The notes beneath the pieces are model-generated. The model saw only the letters and a program-made list of their open reading frames with translations, had not been told where the DNA came from and made no database searches. The translations under genes were made by a program, and so were the position numbers. A DNA stretch of 64,000 nucleotides, from positions 31,682,001 to 31,746,000 of the forward strand of contig CM114271.1 of the NCBI GenBank assembly GCA_050084515.1, read 5' to 3'. Of the stretch, positions 1-14,129 are shown piece after piece (within the stretch, counting starts at the first letter, position 1; each line of letters starts with the position of its first letter). The stretch comes from Blasia pusilla (taxonomy: Eukaryota).

Positions 1-1048
1 GCATGGATGACCACCTGCAAACCTCATAACGTTTGATTTTGGTGAATTTTGACTCAAGGCTTGCTAGCGACGGCTTCGAATGGATCGAAGACATGAAATT
101 CAAACGTCCAGCTCAAATATGGAACCCTTGTTATGAACATGTAACATATATCTGTGGATATGCTTCTGTGATTGGTTGTTGGGTATCCCAACTTACAACG
201 ACCCAGCGACTTGCCATGGACTAATTCGATTTGGACCTGGGCAGAATTCGTTAACATCACAGACTTGTAAACATCTAACAGTGCCCATCGCGAAATGACA
301 TGACAAGCCAACGTAGTTAAATAAGAAGTGCCTATATATAGTCGGTTCAGTCGGGTTTATTCGGTGACTCGAATCGTCTATGGTGCGAAATTTTTATTTT
401 TATTTTTGTATTCTCGAATGGTTCGAAATAGATATAATGTCACAATCGAATCGAGTTAATATGTTTCGTTGTACCTGTCAGATTATTCCAGTCCATCGTC
501 CTGATTCCAAAACAAAAAAATACCCGTACGATCGCTAATCAGTATTAAGTAACCTCTCGTTCTTTAGGTATGTGCTTGATTAAGATCTGATACAACTACG
601 TAGGCTTGCGGTGCGTTGATCCCTACCACTGGCACGACTATAGTTTGTTAAGGGGATCAAACGCTTCTGACCTTCATTCAATAGGCAAGTCTTCAAACAC
701 ACGCAGGCTGAACTCCAAGACTTTCGATTCTACTTCAGTCCTGGATCGATTTGTAGCAGGAAAAGTTATCTGACCTGCAATTCACTCCTAGGTTTTCCTA
801 TCCTACGCAGATTTTCTCCGATCGTTTCTTCGATAATTCGATTTTACACTTAACAATTGTAAATTGTAGTTGTAGATTCGACCAACCTTGGATCCACCAG
901 ATCTCTGTCATTTGATTTCGTCTAGCATATCACGTTAGCGCTGGATGAATTATGATAACCTGGTACACGTACAAGTAGCGTTACTTTTGATTACTTTCAT
1001 GGCGTTTCAGCGTACTAATATATTTTCTTGTTTACTGTTTTGGAGCAG

Positions 1049-4000
1049 GCATTTTTGGAGGCTTGGACTGCTGCATGTGCTACAGCGGCCGCTTATGTGC
1101 ATGCACCGTCAGATTATACCTTCAAAGTGTACCCAGTAACCTTCAAAGGTCCTTGCTTGGCGAACATCACTATGAAGGTAATAGCCATCATCTCATAATA
1201 CACTGCTTGCATTTGGCCTTACCTTCTCTTCGACTCAATTTTGAAACCAGATGCGCAAGCCGTCTCAATCAAAGCTGAAATCTCTTGTGTCTAGAGCTCG
1301 ACTGACGCGTGAGAGATGCTGTTGTCGTACGTAGTCCAATCTCTTAACCAGTGTCGGGTTCCCGTGGCTATTCCCTGTTTTCTTCAGTTTCTGCACCACT
1401 CTTCACCATCCAGGTGGGAGGGCGTCCCCGTTGCAGCGGCCACTGGTTCCTGAAGTATACATGTTAGTTTGCTGTCAGTTCACGCTCAAGTTGACACGTA
1501 CAACCGCAAGTATTGTGTGGGTAGTCATCAGCCAATCATTGGAAACTACAATCTTTGAAATAGGGACTGTCACACTACGGTTCCGTTCATATATGTGCTG
1601 TGAATTAGAATTCATGCATGTATCCTCTAGAAAGGTGACAGAGTTGTAGTCGCCAATACGTTCGCGAATATTGCAATGGGCAGTTAGGGTCTGTGTATCA
1701 GTACTCATCGTACTTCCGTGCGTTTGATTCTTCTCTCGAAAAACCTCATGCCAACCTCGGCCAACCAAGCATGTGGAAGCTTATATCCTAGTTCATGGGC
1801 AGTTTATTAAATATTAATTATGTCTGATTGCAATGGATGTAGATAATTCATTCTATGGTATCATCTTGACACTGCAAAGTACTTGGTCTTGTTTAGTGTA
1901 TGATCCTATGAGCTTATATTATGTGCAGTACGGCGATCGTTCAGGGGATCTTGGACGGTCATGGATATGAGATACTGAATGAAGAATCTGTCCATTTGTT
2001 GATCGAACTAGTAAGCGCAAGAGTGACAATCTCACATAAGTATGGGATGGAGTGATTGATGTTGTGCAGATCGATGGCATGCTCATGGCACCCTCGGACC
2101 CTAATGTTTGGTTAAATGCGAGCTCAACTGTGTGGTTAGACTTCAAAAGGGTATCTGTTACCATCCAGGGAAAAGGTACCATAGATGGACAAGGCCAAAC
2201 TTGGTGGGCAAATTCCTGCAAGACCAATTCAAACAATGTACGTACCACGCAGGCCACGATTCTCTTCTTACACCAGATGCGAGGTCCCTATGAATTGTAA
2301 AGATTTCAAATGGAAAACTTTTCCCCATTTACCAGTTGAAGAGTGTAAGTACGTTTCAACACATCCAAAATTTAAGACAAGATTTTTGAAGTTTACAAAG
2401 AATAACCTTGAGGTTTAAACTCAAGCTGTAAATCCACATCCATTGGTTAACTCACGTCAGCCCTTACGGCAGTTCCATACTTGCAGTGGCGATTAGATTA
2501 GCTTTTCAATCTCAATCATCTCTATTTCTCATTTCTTCGTGGGGCGCCGAAGTGCATGGATCCAATCCTCTATGGTCGTAGCCACACTTATAACGGCTCC
2601 CATTTTTTAAGACTAACACGCGCTTGTGATGTCCTTACGCTAGATTTAGTTTTATGCTGTTCTTGTCATGCTTACTTTCTTTTCACTTTTAATCTAAGGT
2701 ATGGTACTGATGTTTTTTGGTCTTGCAGTCTTGCACCTCCGGGCCTACTGTAAGTTTATCTACATCCAATTCTTTTAATAATTAGGAAATATATTTTGTA
2801 TTAAAAAAATTTAGTATACTTTTTAATTTATTAAATCCTAAAATAGTGATAACATTTCTATTTGAAAGTAATTTTATTTCTAAAGTAATATTTCAATAAT
2901 ATCAAACTCCCTTAAATAATTAGCCTTCTCCATAAAATTTTAAACCATACCTACTCTTCCTTTTCCATTCTTCCCATCAAAATAATATTCATGGATAAAT
3001 TGTATAAAGTTAGTTTTAATAAATAAAATAATATTTTTTCATTAAATTTCGTTTTCATTCCCTCAAATGTGAATAAATATGATTATTTAAAAAAATTTAT
3101 TTTTCATTTAAAATTTAAATAAAATCTCTATTTTTTGAAATCTTAGAAGACTCCAAGAATAATAACATTGGTGCTCTTCTAAATATTCTCCTCCTGAATT
3201 AAAATCTAAATGGTACCCAATTCCCTTAATAATTCAACCCTTCCATAAAATTTAAAAAATATGTGTTTCTTCTCTATTAAAATTAAATTCCCTTCCCGTC
3301 AAATTTAAACATGTTATTATTTTTATAGGCTAGGCTATAAAAACATATATGATCTCCGTTAAAGGGTTAAATTTACATGACCATGTTATGCATTCATGAC
3401 TTCCCACATACATTAACTGATTTATTTGTAAAAGACCTTAGTATCAAAACTTCAATGATCCAAGGAATTTCTTCGAGAGAAGGAATTATACTCATGAATT
3501 ATTTTTCAGTTCTTATTGTAGTGTGAATTCAGTTAGCTTCTAGATATCTGGGAATTTTCTTTCATTAATTAAGGTGATTGGTATATTAAAAAATTGATGC
3601 CTTTTGAAACCATTATTCAGTAATTAATAAGAAAACTACATTTTAAGCTTGGTCTATATCGGTACTTATTTTCCTAAAATTCAAAAAATCGTGTATTGAT
3701 ATTTCTATTTTTAAATCTTAATTTTCATACTGAAAAGTAATTATATTCTAATATTTTAACTTGCTGTAACTTATTTTTTAACACAATGCTCAAAATTTGT
3801 AAATAGCTTCTTGGAAAATGGTTCGCTTTTACGGGTGCTCGAAAAGAGTTTAAAATGGCCTAAAGGAGTTTAAACATCAATATACATACCCATCTCGGAA
3901 TTATGAGGTCTTGTATAAATATCGCATGACTTTAATACATTCATCTTGTTAATAATTTCTTGACTAATTTAAAAAAGAAATTAGACTAGTACATATGAAA

Positions 4001-6440
4001 ATCTTATTATTGTTTTAGTTTTGTGCTATGACCTGAAACGTTGAATGACCAACTTTCCCGGTCAGAATCGAGGAAAAGTATTACCGTTTTTCATCACTTT
4101 AATACATTCATCTTGTTAATAATTTCTTGACTAATTTAAAAAAGAAATTAGACTAGTACATATGAAAATCTTATTACTGTTTTAGTTTTGTGCTATGACC
4201 TGAAACGTTGAATGACCAACTTTCCCGGTCAGAATCGAGGAAAAGCATTACCGTTTTTCATCACTTTTCTCGATGCATAGAAGCCCTTTCGTGTCATGTC
4301 TCGGAATGCATAGCATCCGAGGATACGAAAGCAGCTGGGTGCATGCGTAACCCAAGCAAGGTCTATCTCGAGTGAAATGAGTCGAATGCCCACGCTAAAG
4401 AGTCTGCCGGTGTGAAATCCTGGAAGCGTGGACATTCTATTGGGAGTAATCGTTTATTCAAACCGCCACGTATGCACGTTTCTACACACTAACATTCCAA
4501 GAAAGCGAGCTCCTTGACCTTGTTTTGATGAAATTTCCGAGTAAATTTTGTGCTTTTGGACCGGCAGGCGCTCACGTTCGATACTTGCACAAACGTTACG
4601 GTGAAGTACGTGACGATAGTGAATAGCCAACAAATGCATCTTGCGTTCTTAAAGTCATCAGGTATTAAGGTGACTAACGTCAACATATCAGCTCCTGGTG
4701 ACAGCCCCAATACTGACGGCATCCACCTTCAAAGTTCCACCACGGTGACCATAGAAAACACCATCATTGGAACCGGTAGGTTTATGAGATCATCCCGGTC
4801 ACGAATTCGAGTAAACCCTCCTCTTCTGATCTGCCGGATTAAATTTCTCCGACTCTTGTTAGATTGTGTCAAATTCAGAAACTTTGATTTATGGAAGGTA
4901 GAGCAAGTGAAATGTGTGAAATGATTTGGACACGCCACTTTTTATAACTCAACTATGCAAAAGCTCGAATTTAAGTACTATCTTAGTTTCTTGTCCTTAA
5001 GGATGTTATATATTGTATCTCATTTGTCTTTTTTCCTTCATGTTTTGTGCCCCATGCTAGCCTAGCAGTACTTCAGAAACCAGCCCCTTCTCACGCGCTC
5101 TTGGCTATGTTGTACATATGAAATTGCTTCACTTAGTCTGGCAAGAAACATTAATCGATGGAGGCTAGAATTGAGGTGAATATCTCAACAATGTTGGCCG
5201 TTATGGGGACTTCGCAGGTGATGACTGCATATCCATCCAATCTGGGTCTTCTGGAATCACAATAAAGAACGTCACGTGTGGACCCGGGCACGGTATCAGG
5301 TACAAAACCCTGAATTGCAACTTGGCGAGAAGAGTAACGATGAGGCATCCCTAATTCTTACGCTTGTTTTCATTTTTCATCCGCTTGCGTTTGAACCTTT
5401 TCCTTTGTATCTCGTTATCCGACGATTCGAGTTCTGAATGTGCTACGTACGGTGGATGCATGCATGCGGGTGCAGTGTTGGGGGCTTGGGGAAGGCCAAT
5501 GCTTCAGCCACAGTGTCAGATGTGGACGTATACGACATAGTTATCACTGACGCCTCAAACGGTGTCCGGATAAAATCGTGGCAGGTAAGGATCTATCCAT
5601 CACTAGCCGCAAAGAGTGTCAATGTTGAAGCTAACCAATTCCATTTCAAGGACAGTCACTGCCAAGGTTCTTGCTTCCTCTGGACTAGTCAGGGCGTTTC
5701 GATCTGAAGAAGTCACTCGTTTGTCGGTATGTTTTTCCTGCAAGTGAGGCAGTTGAGGAAGTTATAAGTTTGGAAGAAGCACTACACTTTGGTAGCGAAC
5801 GTTCACAAGTTTTGAACAATTTCTTAAAATGTGCCGAAAACGTTTCAACAACTGTTGGAGAGTGTCAATCATCCACTTCCGTTCTGGGTCTCAACCTTGG
5901 TTTTCTCCCTCCACTGCCTCCTACGTTTTTATCACATCATATGGTTCGCAATCTCAGGATTGTTCATTCTAACCTTTTTTAAAAGCTCCCACCTTCTTGC
6001 CATTCCTCGAACTTGAGCATTGCTGCAATGAATGAATTCCGATGGTTGTTGGGTCTAACGATGGACAGTTCTGAATGAGGCAGGGATCGTCAGGAACGGC
6101 GACAGGATTCACTTTTGAGAACATCCGGATGAACAATGTGAAGAACCCAATCGTAATCGATCAGTACTACTGTGATTCCCGCAGTTCTGGATCGTGTGCA
6201 AATTTTACATCGAATGTGGTGATATCCGATGTGATCTTCAAGAACATCACGGGGACGTCAGCATCCAAGGTTGCAGTGAAGCTCTCCTGCAGTGAGACGG
6301 TGGCATGTAAAGGAATCACTCTCGATGTCATAGATCTCGTCCAGACGGGAGGTGAGGCTGCTGAATCCTCTTGTACAAATGCCTGGGGAGTTACCGCTGA
6401 CACCGTCATTCCATCGAGCTGCCTCCAAACATCCTCCTGA
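1049..6440 (+). CDS. Polygalacturonase (glycoside hydrolase family 28), spliced; exons 1049-1177, 2070-2237, 2729-2749, 4568-4775, 5218-5299, 5476-5584, 6084-6440; 5' exon not found in window
   Basis: GT-AG bounded exons join in frame without stops. All four GH28 motifs are present: SPNTDGI, GDDC, CGPGHGISVGGLG and RIKSWQ. Exon sizes 21/208/82/109 nt are typical of plant PGs, and the C-terminus is Cys-rich (DQYYCD...CSETVAC...CTNA). Confidence 0.95.
3930..4266. repeat. Near-identical 167-bp direct tandem duplication in a PG intron
   Basis: 'tttaatacattcatcttgttaataatttc...ccgtttttcatcac' starts at 3931 and again at 4098, with only a few substitutions. Confidence 0.9.
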
Positions 6441-7427
6441 TTGCTCATCACCATCAACCATTTAATTGTTTGATACCCTACACGTGTACAAGTGAATCAT
6501 TATCTCTCAAGTAGTTGTAGCTGCTTAGGATCTGACGATCGAACTCCTCGAGTGCTGTACATACATTCTTTCTGTAACTTTGATACATTGACCTCTACTA
6601 CATCAGTCGTGCCTGAACTAGGATTACATTACTTTACATTCATCATCCTGTGATTAGATACCCATCGCCATGTCAGGTGGAGTGGCTTGCATTTCTGATG
6701 GGTTCTCCGTCTCTATATTGTGTCTTTCTCTTGAACGAGGCGTGATATCTTGTATCTTGACCGGGGGATCTTAAAAATCGATGCATTTGATGGCCTACCC
6801 CCAATAACTTGAGCGAGCGTAAATTAGATGGGCTATTCACTATGAGGAGGGGTAGGGTCATGGTCAATCTACATTTCATCTACGATACCGTGGCTCGAGG
6901 ATTATTATTGGTGCGATGGTTTGCCAAGTGTAGAAGACTAGTGCAAGTTTGTAATCCCATGCTAGGTATCAATTACCTCCCATAATTAATTTTCAAGATG
7001 AACCTAATTTCTAATGATCCTAGTGATCATTTTCAAAATTCTCAAGTACTATTTCAAACTAATTTCCAATGATTCTAGTGATTGAGAAGGCTAGCCATCC
7101 GAGTGAGTTTGCACGCCAAAGTTTGAGTAACTCGTTTAGTCGGTGTTTGTGTTGGCTAGTTGTCATTTTTCTTTTCATTCCATTGTACATTTTTTGATTC
7201 TCTTTTGAAATGTTATTACCTTTCTTTGTACTTCTTTTAGGTTTATTTTATAATAAAGCGGATATATTGAGTCTCCAATAATAATATAGATATGAAACAT
7301 TCTATCTTGTCGCGCAAGCGCATCTCCATCCCAAACACCTATACTCTATAAGACGGCTAATTCTAGACATTAATAAGTATTATGGACCCCATAAAGAAAT
7401 CCGCAACTCCAACACAAGTCCTAAATT

Positions 7428-7717
7428 CATGGTTGCACCAAAACGGACGAGTCTTTCCTTAGGACGGACATGGGTTCCAAGAGGTGGGACCCACACTTTT
7501 GGTCCATGATGGAAGGCAAGGCAAGGCAAGGACGAGAGGAGCAATTAAGGAGAAGGGAGTGGAGGTGGAGGTGGAGGGAGGAAGAAATGGAGGAGTATGG
7601 AACACGAAGGCAAGTAAGGAGAATGAGAAGGAAAGGAAAGATGGGCCCATACGGAAAAGTCCTTCCTTAGGACGGACATAAGTACACGGACATAGAGTTT
7701 GTCCACATGCAACCTTG
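7428..7717. mobile_element. hAT-type MITE (non-autonomous), copy 1
   Basis: Termini CATGGTTGCA...TGCAACCTTG form an imperfect TIR. Flanks cctaaatt/cttaaatt are an 8-bp TSD (7/8). The element is homologous, in opposite orientation, to 24468-24797. Confidence 0.85.
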
Positions 7718-8911
7718 CTTAAATTATGCCTCTTATTTATGAAATAAGAAGCTATGGTCATTCAGTCGCCTCTCACTCAAGGGGACCATGTCACTTAGTC
7801 ATTGTCAACAATGAAGGTGCCTAGTCCCTCCACTTTCCAATTCTTTAATGTGTCCAAGTTTTTCAATAAGATTTCACAAATATAACAATCTTTCTCGTGG
7901 AGTATAATGATCCAAAGTCCTCCGAATTTATAGCAAGGACAAAATTGAGTAAAAAATACTTCCTCCCAATACAAAGAGTATGTACAAGGAAACAACCATA
8001 TCATGTATTCATTTGAGCCCATCATTCCACCTAATGAGGATATTAGCCTAGAGCTAGAAGATTTGGAAGCTCTAGATTGATCTTTGAAGAAAAAAACTAG
8101 ATTTAATGTCAAGTCAAAAGATAAAGGAAAATGCTTGTAACCTTCAACTTGAAGGCCCTTGGAGTTTTATGTGTTTTATTTTCTTTCCAATGTAATTCTT
8201 TTTTTTTTCTTTCTATTTGTACATAGTATTAAAGGATGAATGTTTTATCATCTTGTTTCATATGCTCCTATTATATGATCTCGATCGGATCTTTGGTCCA
8301 TTTGTTCTTGGAATTATTTCTAACCTCCTTGCTGGTGGATATCTAACCCAAACTCCAATAATTCAATGGTGATTCTAGACCTAGGTGATTCTATGCACTA
8401 GAAAAAAAGGGCTTGCATATTTTTCATTTGTTCCAAGTATATGCTTTTGCCCTAAAATTTTGTCAACTTTTTTATATGAGTGTTTCCAAAAACCTTGCAA
8501 ATAGCAAATAGATATTCCGAATTAACCAAGTCAAAAACTACGAAGGTCATTCTAGACCTTGATGATTTGATTTTCTAAGAAAAAAGGACTTGTGTATTTT
8601 TTATCTTTTTCCAAATATATGCTCTTGCAAGTCTTGCCCCAAAACTTTGTGAACTCTTTTTAATAACAAGAGTTCACAAAGTGCAGTGAAATACTCATAT
8701 AATATATAAGTTTTTCACAAAACCTTGTACAATTTCATGGCAAATGGAACATCAATTTAGACAAATCTTGTCCTTTAAAAAACTCGGTTTTTCATCTAAT
8801 GTCAATATTTATGGATCAAAGGGTTGAAAATTTGCAAGTATTTCTACATTGGTCTCCCCATCATCAATTTTTTTCATAAATTTTTGGATTTTTTAGGAAA
8901 TATTTTATTCC

Positions 8912-11900
8912 AAAAATTTTCTATTAATAGAAACAAAGAAAAATAGGTAAAAACCCTAGTTTTTGCCAGTAGTCAACTAGTCGGGAGCCGTAGCGATAGC
9001 GCATTCTCGTATGTCGAGTTATCTCCATGTTCACGTTCCATCGAAGCTCTTCTGTGAGCGCACGGACGGACTAGGCCACTTTGTATCTCAAAGTTTTGTA
9101 AAACTTTCAGTGATTTCGTCACTTTCTGTTTTCTCACATGGTATTAGAGCAGTAGGTTTTCCAGTATTTTGTATCTGGCGATCTAGTGCGTTTGCACAAA
9201 ATCTTGAGAGATGGCTACTTCTTCGTCAGTTCGCGCTCGCCCTCCTCCGCTGGGTGAAGGGAAGTTAGATGGGTCTAACTATACGTTGTCGAAGTTCAAA
9301 ATGAGAACTGTCCTCGAATCATTTGAGATCTGGGAAACGGCCACAGGGGTTGATTCAAATCCACAAGCTAGTTTGAGTTCTGCATGTTCATCTTCATCTG
9401 GGGATATCGATCCTGTTGTATTGTTGGCATGGAGACCCAGAAACGCTGATGCTCTATATGCGATTGTCACGAATGTAACTGATTCTGTCATGACTCCCAT
9501 TCAACATGCAACCACTGTTGCTGAGGCGTGGAACATTTTGAAGAATCAGTATGAAACAAGGAATGAGACTCGGATTCAGAATCTGGACAATCAACTTACG
9601 TCCGAGAAATTTTCAGAAGGATAAAGCGCGGAGCAATTTTTGACAAGGATCAAGAATCTTCAAGATCAGATGGCGTCCGTAGGAATTTCAAAGTCTAGCA
9701 AAGATTTGGCACGTCGGTGCATAAGGATTTTGCCTCCAAGGTATGACAGTTTAGTCACTACACTGAATACTCAAGTAAGACCCACGCCGCTTATTTTGAA
9801 CAATTTAGTGCAATGTTGGTAGAAGAGGAAATGCGCTTCAAAGCAAGAGAGGGAAGTGATGCAACATTTATTGCCAACATATAGAGAGGTAGAAATCAAG
9901 ATTACGGTTCAAATATCAAGAAGAAATTTCCAAGGAAAGCCTTCAAATGCTTTTATTGTGGTAAGATAGGTCATCTTATCAAAGATTGTAGAAAGAGGAG
10001 TTAGGATGAGAAGAACGGTTGTTTAAGACCTAAGAAGGAGTCTGGAAATTCTGTAGAACAAGAAGAACATGAAATAGATGCTTGGGTAGCAATAGAAGAG
10101 TTTTACACACACGCAGAACATTCCACTAAGTTAAAGAGTGAAGATGCATGGGTGCTCGATAGTGGAGCATCTAGGCTTATGACCAATCATAAGGATTGGT
10201 ATAGCTCCTTACAACCGTTACGGGAGCCCATCGTTATTACTGTTGGGAATAATGCAAAGTGCACTGTAGAAGGGAAAGGAAAAATTTCTTTAGTCTCACA
10301 TAAAGGAGATGAAAAGAAGTTAATTGATGTACTGTAGGTACCAGAGTTGAAGCGAAATTTGATTTCAGTGGCAGTATTATCTGATCCTGACCTACAAGTT
10401 CATTTCAAGAAAACCATAGCAATCATTGAGGATGCCAATGGGAAAGTAGTGGGCGAAGGTATACCACGAGGAAATATCTATGCGTTGTATGCTTTCACGA
10501 CAAGTGTAGGTATAGATCTTAGTAGCAGTAAGTTGTGGCATGAAAGATTTGGTCACCTAAGCTTTCCCTTACTAAGTCAGATGCAGAAATCAGGCATGGT
10601 TGTTGATTTACCAATAATTTCTGGAGTGTCAGATACTTGTGAAGCTTGTATGATAGACAAGCAACACCGACAACCATTTCCACAAGAGTCCAGCAATAGA
10701 GCAAAGGCTCCTCTAGAGGTGATACATGCTGACCTCTGTGGTAAAATGAGAACAGTGTCATTAGGTGGTTCTTCCTACTTCTTTTTAGTTGTCGACGATT
10801 ATAGTAGGAAGATGTGAGTGTATTTCCTTCGTGATAAGGCAAGTGCTTTTGGAAAATTTAAAGTATGGCACAAGATGGTTGAGAATGAGAGAGGAAAGAA
10901 GGTACAAAAGCTTCACACCGATCGAGGAGGAGAATTCTTATCAACAGAATTCAAAAAATATTTGGGGGAGCATGGAATCAAGCGACAATTAACCACGGTA
11001 CATATACCACAACAAAATGGAGTTTTTGAGCGTCAAAACCGTACAATGGTGGAGATGGCAAGATGTATGATGAAAGCAAAAGGTTTGACACAAGGATTTT
11101 GGGCTGAAGTTGTTAGTACTGCCGTATACATTCTAAATAGAAGTGCTACCAAGTCAGTGCAAGTCATGACTCCTCATCAATCATACTCACGTAAGGTACC
11201 ATTAGTCCAACATTTCAGGACTTTTGGTAGTGAGTGTTTTGTACATATTCTTGAAGCATCTAGGACCAAGCTGGAGTCCAAGAGCAGGAAGTGCATCTTT
11301 ATGGGATATAGTGATGAGTCTAAAGCTTATCGCTTTTGGTGTCCTGAGGAAAAGAAGATGCTTGTGATTCCTGATGTGGTGTTCTAGGAACAGCCTCGTC
11401 AAGTGGCGGATATCAGTGGTCCGTCCACATTATCATCAAACGAAGAGATAACCCACTAGAGCACACCACCAATGTTTACATCAGATCATCAAGAAGAAGA
11501 ATTTGGTGATGATTATAAAGAGCAACTTGCTCTTCCACTACGGTCGTCATACCCTAAGTGGATAAAGCAGCTCTTGGATGGTAAGGATCCACCAGCAACT
11601 GATGAAGTTGTTACACATCCAAGGAGATCCAAGAGACTAGAGGAGCATAATAGAGCTTCCGCACATCTCGTCAACATGGCCTTGATGACAGAGGTCTTGA
11701 AGGTGGAAGAGCCATCATGCTTGGATGAGGCCCTTGCTCATCCTCAATGGAGAGAGGCCATGTAGATGGAGATGGACTTTGGACTTGGACTTTTGTTGAA
11801 AAGCCAAAGGACAGGAAGATAATACGCACCAAGTGGGTGAACAAGACCAAGTAGAAGTCGGACGGTACATTGGATAAATTCAAAGTGAGGTTGGTTGCAC

Positions 11901-13719
11901 AAGGATGCTCACAAATCGAAGGTTTTGACTACTATCAGACTTTTGCTCCTACTGCAAGGATGACAACCATTCGAATTGTTCTAGCGGTTGCCGGAACAAG
12001 ACGTTGGCCTGTATACCAATACGATGTGAAGTCTGCCTTTCTGAACGGGAGTCTCAAGGAGGAGGTATATGTTTCTCAACCATCAGGTTTTGAGACATCC
12101 GGATCAGAAGAGAAAGTTTGTTTACTTCATCGAGCATTGTATGGGTTGAAGCAAGCCCCAAGGATATGGTATCAACGAATAGATACATTCTTTCAAGAGA
12201 AGGGTCTCATCAAGAGTCCGTCAAAAGCAAACTTGTATGTGTTTTGCGAAGATGGGATGTATATGTTGATAGTTCTGTATGTGGATGATCTTATCATCAT
12301 ATGAGACCACAGTAAGAAAATAGAGGAAATGAAGGGAGTGTTGAAATCTGAGTTTGAAATGTCAGATTTAGGTCTTCTGCACTAATTTATAGGGCTGGAA
12401 ATTTGGCAACAGTCAGATTCTATTTTTCTCTCTCAACAGAAGTATGCTAGAGAAATCTTGAAGGCATTCGGGATGAGCGAGTGTAAGACTGGTCTCGCCA
12501 ATGGAGGTAGAGTTGAAACTCTCGATGGAGGATGTTTCACCATTGGTAGATGAAAAGTTGTATAAAAAGCTTGTAGGCAGTTTGATATTTTTGTGTAACA
12601 CTAGACCAAACATTAGCTTCCCTGTGGGAGTTTTGAGTAGGTTCTCAACTAAGCCTCGTGAGAACCATTGGAAGGCAGGGATACGTGTGTTGAAGTACAT
12701 CAAAGGCACTATCGAGTACGGCATCACATATGGAGCAGGGACGGAAATGACAGGTTTTTGTGACTCGGATTGGGCAGGAGATTCAGATTCTCGAAGATCA
12801 GTTTCGGGTTATTGCTTCTTGGTAGGATCAAGTGGGGTGTCATGGGTCAGCAAAAAGCAACCTACAGTGGCTCTTTCTTCTACTGAGGCAGAGTACAAGG
12901 CGGCTTGTTATGCTTATTCTGAAGCAGTATGGTTGAGATGGATATTGGAGGACATAGGAGAAGCACAAAAAAATGATACTGTAATGTGGTGTGACAATCA
13001 GAGTTGCATTGCCATAGCACATAATCCTGTGTTTCATACTCGTACAAAGCACATAGAGATCCAGTATCACTTTGTTTGTGAATTGATAGAGAGAGGGGTT
13101 TTGAAGTTACTCTATTGTCCAAGAGAGGATAACCGTGCAAACATCTTCACGAAAGTTTTGAGCGGAGATCAGCTTCACCAACATCTGAAGGGTCTTGGCA
13201 AGACAGTAGTCCACATGAGAGTGGATATTGAGGGGGGTGTTGGATTCTCAACATCCACTTCTCTAAGCACCATTAATCTGATCGGCCCCCTTGTATGAGG
13301 AGAAGCCTAGATTGATGGTTCCGACTTAGACGTCGAAGGAGTCATAGTAATATGACGTAGATGGTTTTAGGAGTAGCGTTACTAGGTTTATCTAACCCTA
13401 TATTGCATCAGGGTGCGGGGCACCTTGATGCGTCACGGGGGTCTGGGGGCGCAGCCCTTGGTATGCCAAGACGGCACGGGGGTCTAGGAGCGCAGCCCCC
13501 GGAAAATTTTTTCTATTAATAGAAATAAAGAAAAATAGGTTAAAACCCTAGTTTTCCCGAGTAGTCAAACAGTCGGGAGCCGCATTCTCGTATGTCGAGT
13601 TATCTCCATGTTCAGGTTTCATCGAAGCTCTTCCGTGAGCGCACGGACGGACTAGGTCACTTTGTATCTCTAAGTTTTGTAAAAAATTCAGTGATTTCGT
13701 GACTTTCTGTTTTCTCACA
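8912..13719 (+). mobile_element. Ty1/copia LTR retrotransposon, family A copy 1 (degenerate; 5' LTR truncated)
   Basis: Partial 5' LTR ~8912-9138 ending CA, then PBS tggtattagagc 9139-9150 (tRNA-iMet). Coding fragments: gag, CCHC knuckle, protease (LDSGAS), GAG-pre-integrase (LWHERFGH), integrase (HTDRGGEF), RT (LYVDDL) and RNase H (CDSDWAG), with many stops. PPT attgagggggg precedes a 3' LTR at 13238-13719 (TG...CA). Confidence 0.95.
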
Positions 13720-14129
13720 CTCATGATAATGATGTTCTCATTCCTATGGTTCCAAATTCTAAACCCATCAATAATAGCATGGATAGTTCATACATTTCCT
13801 CCGATTATGAAACAACTGCAATAGGAACTCTTCGCCGATCCACCCGACTTCAAACTATTAAGCCGCCAAATTAACGCTTACATCTTAATCCACCGAACTC
13901 AAACATAGACCTAGACTAGAAGAGTAATTAGTGAATTTAGTGAGACGGATTAATAAATAGTTATAGCAAACTCTCTTTTTGTTGACTTTTGTAAGAATGT
14001 CATTTTTATGACATTCCTTTTTATAACCTTCTCGCTAATAAAGCAATGATTTTTACATTGAAGGTCAAATTGGTAAGTGTAATTTCTGAGCTCGTGGTCA
14101 AAAATTACACTCACCAATTTTGGAGGTTT

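Noticed and set aside
7795-8112. 105-aa Cys-containing ORF as a zinc-finger gene
   Set aside because: Cys spacing does not fit a recognisable domain and there is no splice or context support.
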